NCBI GenBank assembly: GCA_947571115.1
Contig: CANOWW010000003.1
Location: forward strand, 81,293 to 145,292
Reading direction: 5' to 3'
Source: an uncultured Clostridium sp.
GTDB lineage: Bacteria > Bacillota > Clostridia > TANB77 > CAG-508
Length of the DNA: 64,000 nt
The notes below the pieces were generated by a model. That model had not been told where the DNA came from. It saw only the letters and a program-made list of their open reading frames with translations, and did no database searches. Of the stretch, positions 37,532 through 47,597 are shown in pieces. Every line of letters begins with the position of its first letter. Within the stretch, counting starts at the first letter, position 1. Both the position numbers and the translations under genes were made by a program.

Positions 37532-38233
37532 CTAAGCATCTAATAATTTATACGCATTTTTAATTTTTCCGGAACTCTCTCCTGTAATCGCTTCCGTCAA
37601 ATATAAAACAGAATCTACATAAGTATTACTCAAACCTTTCATTTGAATTCGACCTGCCCTTTGATTAATATAAATCGCATTTAAGTCTACTGTTTCAAAA
37701 GGAAAGAAAACAATGTCTGATTCATCCCATTTTATTTGATAATCTGCTGCCAAATAATTGAGATATTCATCCTCTTCAGCAAGCATACTCTTTGTATAAT
37801 ATACTTTTGTAACAACTGCATCTTTTTGAATATATGCCAAAACCTGCAGTCCCCTTTTTAAATTGTAAACATCAAAAGAAGTTACGAAAAAATGACGATC
37901 CTCAGCAGTAATCTCAAACTTTTGATAAGCAATCGCTCGGTCAATATCCATTAACGCAAAGTCATATTCAGTAGCGCCTCCAAAATTTTGTTGATATTTT
38001 TGAATGGCTTCAAAATTCTCAAAACCAATTGCCACATCAATATCTTCATAAGTCGTAACGTACTGTTTTTCCTGTATCATGGTAGGAACAATATAGCGAC
38101 TTTTTTTCAAAATCGTTGTATCTATTAATAATACCTTTTTCCCCATAAGGGTTAAAATTTTAGCCACATACAATAGCATGTCTGTCTTATCATAAGTCCC
38201 TATAAATACAATTTTTTTCATTCGTCCCTTCAC
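37532..38233 (-). CDS. Second ParA/MinD-fold protein with degenerate P-loop
   Basis: 233 aa. KKIVFIGTYDKTDMLLYVAKILTLMGKKVLLIDTT and FALMDID. Confidence 0.4.
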   Translation of the reverse strand: MKGRMKKIVFIGTYDKTDMLLYVAKILTLMGKKVLLIDTTILKKSRYIVPTMIQEKQYVTTYEDIDVAIGFENFEAIQKYQQNFGGATEYDFALMDIDRAIAYQKFEITAEDRHFFVTSFDVYNLKRGLQVLAYIQKDAVVTKVYYTKSMLAEEDEYLNYLAADYQIKWDESDIVFFPFETVDLNAIYINQRAGRIQMKGLSNTYVDSVLYLTEAITGESSGKIKNAYKLLDA

Positions 38234-38241
38234 CTCTACTT

Positions 38242-39156
38242 TTATTGTAACATCTCTACAAACTCTCGTCTTCCTTCTTCACGTGTCACAAGTTCTTCTT
38301 GCAAGCCTGTTTCAACAGCTGAATTTTGTGAACCGACATATGGTGATAATGTTTTATCAATTCTTTCTCTTACTTGAACTTGCTCTTGGTCATGATATCT
38401 TGCATACAATCCATCTCTTGCTTCTGACCTAATGTTTGGATTGGTACCAATAATACTCATAACATCTTTGCTAACGACATAAGTAGGCACAGCAGCATCT
38501 TGCAAGCCTGCTTGTGTATATGTTGTTGCATATAATTTAGAACCTTCGATGGTATAGGCTTCCACAATTGCATTTCCTAACATTAATATTTCATCTTCAT
38601 TCATTTTTAGCCAAATTGTTTTCTCATCTGCTTCCACAACCTTCTTCTTTGAAACAACAACATAATCTTCCCCTGTTGGAAATTGAATTCTAACATCTAT
38701 GTAATCATCCGCTGCCAGTTTCGTTGGAAGAACAATCATGTTATACTCCTGAAGTCTCTGGTCATTTGTTGTTTGATCTTCCACCTCTTCCAACAAGTCT
38801 TTGGTAATAATGGTTCCTTTCGGAATATCTGTTCTTACTTGAATGATTTTGTCTGTCACACTACCGTCCTCATTTTCTTGTTGAAAATCAATCGCCCTTA
38901 CCATTTCATTATCAGAAATTGATGTTTGAACTTTTTCCCTTTTAAAAGAATCCATTGTAACTTCTGTTCCTGATTGAATATAATCACTTGCTACAAATAC
39001 TTCTTTTTGTTGTGATTCTAATTTTTCATAACTTTGTTTCAAATCTTGCATTTTATATAAAAGTAACATAACAATTAATGCCATTATAATCAATGCACAC
39101 AAAAAACCGATTAAAAACGAATTTCTTGCTCTTCTTTTCATTGGATTCATTGCCAT
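38242..39156 (-). CDS. CpaB/RcpC-like (SAF-domain) pilus assembly protein
   Basis: 304 aa. N-terminal TM, then VFVASDYIQSGTEVTMDSF (SAF-like) and beta-rich repeats. It is the first gene of the locus. Confidence 0.5.
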   Translation of the reverse strand: MAMNPMKRRARNSFLIGFLCALIIMALIVMLLLYKMQDLKQSYEKLESQQKEVFVASDYIQSGTEVTMDSFKREKVQTSISDNEMVRAIDFQQENEDGSVTDKIIQVRTDIPKGTIITKDLLEEVEDQTTNDQRLQEYNMIVLPTKLAADDYIDVRIQFPTGEDYVVVSKKKVVEADEKTIWLKMNEDEILMLGNAIVEAYTIEGSKLYATTYTQAGLQDAAVPTYVVSKDVMSIIGTNPNIRSEARDGLYARYHDQEQVQVRERIDKTLSPYVGSQNSAVETGLQEELVTREEGRREFVEMLQ

Positions 39157-39300
39157 AATACTGCCCTCCTAAATTTCACAAAAACTAATCTATTGATATC
39201 ATTCTATTTTATTTTACTACATAAATAAATTTTTTTCAACATTTTTCAACAATGTTACAGAAACGTTATATTTTCGTAACACAATTGTAATATTGGCAAA

Positions 39301-39915
39301 TTATGGTTCTTGCATATCCTCTTGTGTTACTGTATTAACTCTAAATTCATAAATATACTCTTTGTTAGGATTCGCTAACTTTTCCGAACTCTTCAAATTT
39401 CTATAGGCATATATTGGCAAATACGTATTTTTATCAACCAATAAAGTTTCCATTTTTGTCATTATCTTATAACACTTCTTCCCCTCATATTCCGTTGAAG
39501 TAATACGATAAATCTGAAACAATTGGTCAAAATTAAATTTATTATTTTGATAAATTAAAGAAATAAAATTCGGTATATTGGTTAAAAAATCACTACTCTC
39601 AATGCGAGAGTCTAGCTTACCTAATTCTTCCTCATTTTCATCAAAATTTCTCAATTCAAAATACCATTTTTTCAAATCACTATTTAATACTAAATATTTC
39701 ATTTGATTATCTCTGTAAAAAATCTCTTCATTAAAAAGCATTTTTCCATTTTGAATGGTTCTAACAGAATAATATCGATTTTTCTCACTTATAAAATTTT
39801 CAATCGCTTGATAAACATTATGTATGACCACATAATGATAGGCTTTAAAACATAGCCAGATAAATAAAACTACAAAAATTCCTATTACAATTCCTTTTAT
39901 CAAAAATTTCTTCAT
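39301..39915 (-). CDS. N-terminally anchored hypothetical protein downstream of blaR1-like
   Basis: 204 aa. MKKFLIKGIVIGIFVVLFIWLCF. Confidence 0.45.
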   Translation of the reverse strand: MKKFLIKGIVIGIFVVLFIWLCFKAYHYVVIHNVYQAIENFISEKNRYYSVRTIQNGKMLFNEEIFYRDNQMKYLVLNSDLKKWYFELRNFDENEEELGKLDSRIESSDFLTNIPNFISLIYQNNKFNFDQLFQIYRITSTEYEGKKCYKIMTKMETLLVDKNTYLPIYAYRNLKSSEKLANPNKEYIYEFRVNTVTQEDMQEP

Positions 39916-39939
39916 TCGTTCGCCTCTTAATTTCTAAAC

Positions 39940-41277
39940 TTATTCCACTAAAATCTTTATTGTATAACTAATACTATCTCTATTATTACAATCCAATATA
40001 AATTTATAAACATATTCTCCTTTTGGTAGATAGGTTTCACTTCCCAAATTTATTAATCGATAATCCGTTTCATCATTTAATAAGTTATGCCTTTCATATA
40101 AAATAATTTTCTTATAATCCCCACCTTCTGCCAAAACCTTCAAACTGTCTCCACTCGAAAGCTGTACTATTTCTTCTTCTGAAATATCTATTTTTCTACC
40201 ATCTTCTAGTTGTAAATATAGTTTTGGAATTTCTAAAGCATCATATGAAGTTGGATATAAAATCAATAACATAAATAACATCATAAAAACCGTAGCAACA
40301 AACATTAATACTCTATATTTTTTAAATTCTTCTTTCTTAAAAACAGCATCAATTCTATCATTCAACTTTGTCTTTGTGCTAACTAACCCCAAAATATGAT
40401 CCATCTTTATACTACTTAGTTTTGCTACTTCTATAATAACATCACAATATTCTGTATCTTTTACACCTTCCATTTTGCTAATCGCTAACGCATCTGTCGC
40501 AAGTTCCATATCAATTTTCATATAGACCAGAAACACACTTATCATTGGATTAAACCAATATAAAGCTTTCAGTAAAGTAATCAACCAATTCACAAAAATG
40601 TCTTTTCTCTTATAATGTGATAATTCATGCATCATAATACTTCTTAGCTCATTATCTTTCAACAAAAGTGTTGTATCAGTAAATAAAATTTTTAATTTAA
40701 AAATCCCAATAATAGATGGTACTTTGATTTTTTCTTGTTTGACAATTGCAACGTTTCTCTTGATTTTCAAAGCTTTCTTGCAATCTTGTAATATTCTTTC
40801 TATTCTCTCTTCTTCTACGACTTTATCACGTATCCTACCATTTAAAACCATATAAGCCACAACTGACCTAAAAAATTTCAAAACAAAAATAACAAAAACC
40901 ATATCCAACATGAGCTTTGAAAAATAGTGTTCATTTCCATGATTATTATTAGAAATTTCATTTTTCATATTATCATAAATTGCAAGCTCATTTACACTCC
41001 CCGCCAAACTTAAAGTATCGTTTGAATAATGCTTATTTTCCTTCTTTAAAACACTTAAATCAATAACATTATAAATGCTCATTTTACTTGGAATCGTAAC
41101 TGGAAAAATCAAAGCAATGATAAAAATTGCCCAAATGATATAATGGCATCTGGGCTCTAATTTTTTATCAGTTATCTTTCTAAATAGCAAAATAAAACAA
41201 CCAATAATTGTTGCAATAACTGACATATAAAACAATTGATTATAAAGATTTACAATAAAATCCTGAATCATTTTCAT
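39940..41277 (-). CDS. BlaR1/MecR1-family M56 peptidase sensor
   Basis: 445 aa. Multi-TM with zinc-protease motif MHELSHYKRKD. Confidence 0.75.
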   Translation of the reverse strand: MKMIQDFIVNLYNQLFYMSVIATIIGCFILLFRKITDKKLEPRCHYIIWAIFIIALIFPVTIPSKMSIYNVIDLSVLKKENKHYSNDTLSLAGSVNELAIYDNMKNEISNNNHGNEHYFSKLMLDMVFVIFVLKFFRSVVAYMVLNGRIRDKVVEEERIERILQDCKKALKIKRNVAIVKQEKIKVPSIIGIFKLKILFTDTTLLLKDNELRSIMMHELSHYKRKDIFVNWLITLLKALYWFNPMISVFLVYMKIDMELATDALAISKMEGVKDTEYCDVIIEVAKLSSIKMDHILGLVSTKTKLNDRIDAVFKKEEFKKYRVLMFVATVFMMLFMLLILYPTSYDALEIPKLYLQLEDGRKIDISEEEIVQLSSGDSLKVLAEGGDYKKIILYERHNLLNDETDYRLINLGSETYLPKGEYVYKFILDCNNRDSISYTIKILVE

Positions 41278-41285
41278 CGTTTCCT

Positions 41286-41651
41286 TTATTTCTTCTTTTC
41301 ATTTACTTTATTTACTAAATCCTGTAAATCTTCTTTTGACAACTCGTCATTGTCAATAAAATTAAGTATCATGTCATGAATCGAACCATCAAAAAACTGT
41401 TTCACAAAATTTCTACTTCTCTTTAATTTATATTCATCTTGCTTAATTAAAGGCACATAGGTGTAAGTCTTTCCTTCTTTTTTAGAAATACCAACCGCTT
41501 TTTTAGCAATTAATCTATTAATTAAAGTTCGAATCGTATTGTCATTCCAGTTGCAATGTTCCAATTCTTTAATAATTTCTAGTGAAGTTGTCTCTTTTCT
41601 TCCCCAAATTACTTTCATAACTTCCAATTCTGCATCTGATATTTTAATCAT
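41286..41651 (-). CDS. BlaI/MecI/CopY-family repressor
   Basis: 121 aa. ISDAELEVMKVIW...NTIRTLINRLIAKKAV. Confidence 0.8.
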   Translation of the reverse strand: MIKISDAELEVMKVIWGRKETTSLEIIKELEHCNWNDNTIRTLINRLIAKKAVGISKKEGKTYTYVPLIKQDEYKLKRSRNFVKQFFDGSIHDMILNFIDNDELSKEDLQDLVNKVNEKKK

Positions 41652-41954
41652 ACTCTATACCTCCTTATTTGCACTGCATCTTCCAGCAATTTCTTTCTTA
41701 TTTTACTATAATTTTAAAATAAAGTCAACACATCTCATTCGTTTTTTAAAAAATATGTCGTTTTTTGTCTTTTTTTGTCAAAAAATGTCGAAAGACTATT
41801 GACATTTGTAATTTGTCGTAGTATATTTATGATTGTAGTTTTTGTGATTTCTTTACTTTTACTTATTCATGCTGATAAAAGATGCTTTTTAGTTATCTTT
41901 TTATCATAAATGATGGAATAATGGGAATTTTTTATTTTTAAGGAGGAAAAATTT

Positions 41955-42380
41955 ATGAAACAAAAATTATTAAAAAGTACAAAAATTTTATTTATAATAT
42001 TTACATTTGTAGTTTTAACTATTAATTCTGTCCCAGCATTCGCTGCGACAAATATAACAGGAGACAATGTCCTTAATATTGCATTCTATGAAGATAAATG
42101 GTTTACCGAAATTAGTGAAGCTGAACCAATTACTTTGCATATGGACGCTGATTCAATTTCTTTCTGTGCGGTGTGTCAAGATCGAAATGCCACAGACACT
42201 ATTCTTTGTCATATAACTGACTTAAATGGTGGAACTTTTAATTACACCATACCTTTCGAAGCTGATGGCTCTGTCACAACCGATTTTATTTCTATTCCAG
42301 CAGGTACTTATCGTGTATTTTTTACTGGTAACACGGAATACATTGAACATGCTATTGTAGCATTTACTGTTGTATTATAA
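41955..42380 (+). CDS. Secreted hypothetical protein
   Basis: 141 aa. Signal peptide KILFIIFTFVVLTINSVPAFA|AT and RBS AGGAGG. Confidence 0.55.
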   Translation: MKQKLLKSTKILFIIFTFVVLTINSVPAFAATNITGDNVLNIAFYEDKWFTEISEAEPITLHMDADSISFCAVCQDRNATDTILCHITDLNGGTFNYTIPFEADGSVTTDFISIPAGTYRVFFTGNTEYIEHAIVAFTVVL

Positions 42381-42426
42381 TTTATTGCTACTTATTTAGC
42401 AATCCCATTAACCATCTTAGATTTAT

Positions 42427-42460
42427 AGAAACAAATTTTTATTTGTTTCTTTTTTTATTT
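42427..42460 (+). terminator. Rho-independent terminator
   Basis: 10-bp stem agaaacaaat / atttgtttct followed by tttttt. Confidence 0.8.
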
Positions 42461-42563
42461 TTTTGTAAATAATACTTGACAAATTAAGATTTTTATTTTA
42501 AAGTATAATTTGTTGTATGTTACAAATGTAGCCAAAATATGATTAAGAAAGGAAGAAAAACAA

Positions 42564-43772
42564 ATGAGTTTACTATTGATTACATTATCTTTTATATTTT
42601 TTCAAAAGCTTTTTAAAATTACCTTTTCCAGTAAAACTTTAGCCATTTATGTAATTTCTAATATAGCTATCTTTCTTTTAGGTAATATTTTTATGAATGA
42701 TATCTATCGTTATGTTCTTATGCTTATTGACTCATGTTTTATTTTTATTTATTTAGAAAAAATATCTATCCTAAAAACAATTTCTTACTTTAGTTTCAAT
42801 TCTATCATTATCTTAAATCTACAACTGTGTCCTTTCTTCATAAAATTTCCCATTGGACAAATAGTATTAATTCTTCTTTACTTAAGTATAGCTTTCTCAA
42901 TCTATTATTTTATGCACCATCATCATTTTGACTCTTTGTCTATTACAGCACTCAATGAAAATTCATCTATGATTATCCGCTTGAATACTCTAAATGCACT
43001 TTTAACATTTATTGCTTATTACTTTTTACAAACTTTATTACTTCATATTTCTTATCTTATTACTTTGGACATATACTTTGTGGCTTCTATTATTACTACA
43101 TTACAACTATGTAAAATTCGATATGCCAAACGAAAAATAGATAATTTAACCTTATGTAATAAAACCATTTTAAACATTCATGATGATTTACGTGCATTCA
43201 AACATGATTTTCATAATATCATTCAAGCCATTGGTGGTTACATTACCAATCGTGATTTAGATGGACTACAGCAATATTATAGTGATATTTTAATGGAATG
43301 CAAAGTTTTAAATAATCACTTTAAATTAAACTCAGACTTAATTAATAATCCAGCCATTTATAATATTTTGGCTAACAAATATTACATTGCTCATAGCAAC
43401 AATATCGAAATAAATCTAGAGGTCTTGTTAGATTTAAACGAACTAAATATAAAAATCTATGAATTCACTAGAATTTTAGGAATTTTACTAGATAATGCAA
43501 TTGAAGCATCCAAAGAATGTCAAAAACGTTCTATAAACATAGTATTTACTAAAGATAAATACAAGCAAATGCTCGTCATAGAAAATACATATGATAATAA
43601 AGAAATTTCAATTGATAAAATTTTTGAAAAGAACTATACAACAAAGCCAAATAATACCGGTTTAGGCTTATGGGAGGTTAGAAAAATACTAAGCAAACAT
43701 TCTCACTTAAATTTACATACTACCAAAAATAATGATTACTTTTCTCAACAATTGGAAATTTTTACAAATTGA
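42564..43772 (+). CDS. AgrC/ComD-type (HPK10) membrane histidine kinase, orphan
   Basis: 402 aa. About 6 N-terminal TM helices, H-box LRAFKHDFHNIIQAI, N-box ILLDNAIEA and G-box NTGLGLWEV. No LytTR regulator and no agrB/agrD are adjacent. Confidence 0.7.
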   Translation: MSLLLITLSFIFFQKLFKITFSSKTLAIYVISNIAIFLLGNIFMNDIYRYVLMLIDSCFIFIYLEKISILKTISYFSFNSIIILNLQLCPFFIKFPIGQIVLILLYLSIAFSIYYFMHHHHFDSLSITALNENSSMIIRLNTLNALLTFIAYYFLQTLLLHISYLITLDIYFVASIITTLQLCKIRYAKRKIDNLTLCNKTILNIHDDLRAFKHDFHNIIQAIGGYITNRDLDGLQQYYSDILMECKVLNNHFKLNSDLINNPAIYNILANKYYIAHSNNIEINLEVLLDLNELNIKIYEFTRILGILLDNAIEASKECQKRSINIVFTKDKYKQMLVIENTYDNKEISIDKIFEKNYTTKPNNTGLGLWEVRKILSKHSHLNLHTTKNNDYFSQQLEIFTN

Positions 43773-44053
43773 TTAGAAAAGTAATTTTTATTATATTTCT
43801 TCTTCCCCCCTTCTTCCAAATACAAATTTTACTTATACTCAAAAACAGCAATTTCGCCTGTTTTTGTTTTTTTGCAAAAACGAACAGAATTCCTGTTCAT
43901 TGCAACACTAATTCTGTTGTAAAATAAATATGGGTAAACATTTTCTCTACCTATTAGAAAAACGCTTTAAACACAGAATAACTGAAACTAAGACCTTGAA
44001 ATTCACGCAAAAACTCATACAATATAGGAATAGAAAAAAGAAAGGGGAATACT

Positions 44054-44293
44054 ATGAAAAAATTTAACAATCATCCCAATTTAGTTGGTGAATTAATTAA
44101 AAATGCACAAAAGAAAAAGAATTTTACAAAAGTGGACTTATGTAGAGAATTAGAATTGCTTGGTATTGCTATGTCACGTAATGAAATTTATCGCATTGAG
44201 AACAATCAAATGATTGTAAAGGATTTTGAATTGGTTGCTTTCTGTATTGTATTAGATATCAATTTTAATGACCTAAAATCCTACTTTGATTAA
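44054..44293 (+). CDS. XRE-family HTH protein
   Basis: 79 aa. FTKVDLCRELELLGIAMSRNEIYRIENNQ. Confidence 0.6.
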   Translation: MKKFNNHPNLVGELIKNAQKKKNFTKVDLCRELELLGIAMSRNEIYRIENNQMIVKDFELVAFCIVLDINFNDLKSYFD

Positions 44294-44443
44294 TATAACT
44301 ATTTCTACATCAAAAATCCAAAATAAGTTTTTAACTCATTTTGGATTTTCTTTTCATCCCCTCTATAGAAAAAACTTTTATGAATACTTTACAGATTTTT
44401 GTCAAAGTGATATAATTTTCTTGTTAAGAAAAGAGGAATAACT

Positions 44444-45752
44444 ATGGCAAAAAAATATTTAGAAAAAAACGTATTAGATGCCGCCATCGAACGACTTGAA
44501 ATTATGTTTCAAAATTTTGACAACATTTACTTTAGTTTCAGTGGTGGAAAAGATAGTTCTGTTATGATACAACTTGCCAACATGGTGGCAACTCGATTAA
44601 ATAAAACATTTGATGTACTATTCATCGACTTAGAAGCTCAATACTATTACACCATTAAACATGTCGAAGAGTTGAAGCATTTATCTCAAATTAGAGATTT
44701 TTATCATATCGCCCTTCCTATGGCCCTCCGAAATGCAGTTTCTGTTTTGCAACCAAAATGGATTTGCTGGGAAGAAGAAAGCAAACATTTGTGGGTACGT
44801 GATATGCCCGAAAATTGTATTAATATCCATAATTGTCCTTTTCCTTGGTTTAAAAAAGGAGAAGAATTTGAAGACTTTATTATCCAATTTGCTGATTGGT
44901 ATCAAAAAAAATATGACGGTCCTGTGGCTTGTGGAATTGGAATCCGAACTGATGAAAGTCTAAATCGTTTCCGAACCATTGCCTTTCATAACCATAAAAT
45001 TATGTTTCAAAATCATCATTGGTCAACCAAGTTAAAAGTCCATGAAAAACACATTGATGTTTACAACTTCTACCCCATTTACGATTGGACTGCAGAAGAT
45101 ATTTGGGGCGCGGTTAGCCAACTGGATCTCAAATTTAATTATATTTACGAATTAATGTATAAAAATGGAATTAGCATTTATGAGCAGCGCCTTTGTCAAC
45201 CTTTTGGCGATGATCAAAAAAAAGGCTTAAATCAATTCAAATCCTTAGAATACGAAACTTGGAGTAAAGTTTTAAATCGTGTTAATCGGTGTTAATTTTG
45301 GAAACATTTATTGTAAAACAACTGCACTCGGCAATATCAAATCCAGCAAACCAGATTTCATGACTTGGCAAGAATACTGCATATTTTTGCTAGAAAGTAT
45401 TGGTCTTTATAATCGTGATTTAATGCTACATTATTATCGAAAAATCAAAAAATTTATGATTTGGCACAGAAACAAATATGGCATCGAATTTGACAAAATC
45501 CCCGAAACAGTGAAATGTAAACTCGAAAGTCAAAAAAAGGCAATTTCTTGGCGTAGAATTGCAAGAGCCATTGAAAAAAATGATTTTTATTTGCGACGAC
45601 TTTCCTATGCTCAAACCAAAACGGATGACAAACAATTAATGGAATTGATTCACAAATGGGACAATCTCTTAGACCACACAACCATAACAGATGATAAAAC
45701 ACTACAAAAAATAATTTTAGAAAAATCTACTAAAAAAGGAGTAAATTTATGA
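44444..45752 (+). CDS. PAPS-reductase-family PP-loop protein with DUF3440-like C-terminus (IbrA-like); intact only with a +1 shift at CGG 45287-45289
   Basis: FSFSGGKDSSVMIQL is the PP-loop. The frame breaks at ...LNRVN-CGG and continues +1 as GVNFGNIYCKTTALGNI... Confidence 0.6.
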
Positions 45753-46126
45753 TTTTAAAACTAACCAATAAAGATGAAAATTTCTATCAATATATGGGAA
45801 AATTTTTTGGTTCCAGAACCGTTCAAAGGCAGACCAATGATAGAATCTTTGACGATAACAACAAAACCTGGTATTTATCTTTAGAAAACGATGTTGTTAC
45901 AGCTTTTACATCTGTTACTGGCAACGTCATAAAAAACATTTATTCCACAAATGACGAACACCTTGTGGAAATTTTCAAAGAAATCAAAAAAGAAAACAAC
46001 AATGAAATTGCCAAAAGTATTGTCACAACTGCTTATTTAGAAATTTATGAAAAATGTAATTTTCAAATAGAACCAAGACAATTTTCGAAAAACTTCGTAA
46101 CAATTTATATGAAAAAAGGAGACTAA
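45749..46126 (+). CDS. Small hypothetical protein (possibly GNAT-like) between the ibrA-like and ibrB-like genes
   Basis: 125 aa. The ATGA start/stop overlap with the upstream gene indicates an operon. Confidence 0.35.
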   Translation: MILKLTNKDENFYQYMGKFFGSRTVQRQTNDRIFDDNNKTWYLSLENDVVTAFTSVTGNVIKNIYSTNDEHLVEIFKEIKKENNNEIAKSIVTTAYLEIYEKCNFQIEPRQFSKNFVTIYMKKGD

Positions 46127-46128
46127 AA

Positions 46129-46659
46129 ATGAGTGAAAATGAAATAGAATTTCCAGTACTAAACGTAAAAATGGTTGATATCGACAAAGTTGTCGCCAAT
46201 GATTATAACCCCAATAAAGTTGCCCCACCAGAAATGGAATTACTAAAACATTCCATTGAAGAAGATGGCTACACTCAGCCAATTGTAACTTACTATGATG
46301 CTAGTAGAGATATTTATATCGTCGTTGACGGTTTTCACCGTTATCGTTGTGCCAAAGAATATTTTCATTTAAAGCAAATCCCCATTGTTACTATTGATAA
46401 AACGCTTGAAAACCGCATGGCAAGTACAATCAGACATAATCGAGCCAGAGGAACCCATCAAATTATTGACATGTCACACATTGTTTTAACCCTCACTCAA
46501 AACGGCTGGACAGAAGCACAGATTTCAAAACATTTAGGTATGGAATTAGACGAAATCATTCGTTTAAAACAAATTACAGGATTAAAAGATATGTTTGCCA
46601 ATCATGAATTTAGCAAATCTTGGGAAGAATACGAAGATAATATCCTGAAAAAACATTAG
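46129..46659 (+). CDS. ParB-like nuclease-domain protein (IbrB-like)
   Basis: 176 aa. VANDYNPNKVAPPEMELLKHSIEEDGYTQPIVT...IVVDGFHRYRCAKE. Confidence 0.65.
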   Translation: MSENEIEFPVLNVKMVDIDKVVANDYNPNKVAPPEMELLKHSIEEDGYTQPIVTYYDASRDIYIVVDGFHRYRCAKEYFHLKQIPIVTIDKTLENRMASTIRHNRARGTHQIIDMSHIVLTLTQNGWTEAQISKHLGMELDEIIRLKQITGLKDMFANHEFSKSWEEYEDNILKKH

Positions 46660-46664
46660 TTAAA

Positions 46665-46700
46665 AAAATCGGAAAACCAATCATTTCCGATTTTTATTTT
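46665..46700. terminator. Bidirectional terminator between convergent genes
   Basis: 11-bp stem aaaatcggaaa / tttccgatttt, with an A-run before and a T-run after. Confidence 0.8.
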
Positions 46701-46701
46701 C

Positions 46702-47586
46702 TCACAAAATCATATTCAAACTTCCTAAAATAAATCCTATCAAAGCACCCAAATTTACAATTGCCCCCAACTCTTTTTTCATTACTTGCAAAATTAATTT
46801 TTCCAAATCAAGCACATCCATTTGCCTAATTTTTTCCTCCACGATTTTGGCAATATCAAACTTTTCTAACAGTTGTCCCATATGATTTAAAATCAAACTT
46901 CGATAAACCTCTCTTATTTTACTTTCCAAAATCCTACTACCAACTCCCAAATCTTCAGCCAAATCTTTCAGCGATTTCTCCTCCAACTCAGAAATTTGAT
47001 TTTCTACAACTGGCTCAATTTTTTCATTTCCATGCTCTTGCAAATAATTTTCAACTTGACTTCCCAATGGTTCCACAATAGAATTAATCAAGCCATCTGT
47101 CACAAACATCTTGAGCATACTTCCACTTACTTTCTCACGAATAATATTCCCACCTTCCACTGCTATTATCTCGCCAATTTCAGCTTCAATCAACCCATTT
47201 TTAACCTTCTCACTGATCCATTCTATTAACTCTTCTCTTTTTTCCCCATAACGCTCCTCATTTATGCACTTCAAACAAACGTCTTTTACCGTATCTTCCT
47301 TGTTCAATAGCCCAAAAACATTTCGCAAAATCTCATTTTCAACCTCTTCACAAAGCAACATCTGTTGCATATCCTCTTTTGTAAACAAATGTTTGCCAAC
47401 CATTTCCCCCATCGCCACAGCCAATTTCGCCTGACGCCTTGGGATAATTCCCGGCGTAAACGGCACTGTAAATCTTCCAATTTTAATTGGTTTCAATGGT
47501 CGAAACAACATCTTAATCGCCAACCAATTCGTTCCATAACCAATCACCGCACCAATCATTGGTCCTGTTAACATTGATAAATCCAT
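46702..47586 (-). CDS. DUF445-family membrane protein
   Basis: 294 aa. GAVIGYGTNWLAIKMLFRPLKPI...PFTPGIIPRRQ. Confidence 0.7.
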   Translation of the reverse strand: MDLSMLTGPMIGAVIGYGTNWLAIKMLFRPLKPIKIGRFTVPFTPGIIPRRQAKLAVAMGEMVGKHLFTKEDMQQMLLCEEVENEILRNVFGLLNKEDTVKDVCLKCINEERYGEKREELIEWISEKVKNGLIEAEIGEIIAVEGGNIIREKVSGSMLKMFVTDGLINSIVEPLGSQVENYLQEHGNEKIEPVVENQISELEEKSLKDLAEDLGVGSRILESKIREVYRSLILNHMGQLLEKFDIAKIVEEKIRQMDVLDLEKLILQVMKKELGAIVNLGALIGFILGSLNMIL

Positions 47587-47597
47587 ATATTTCTCTC

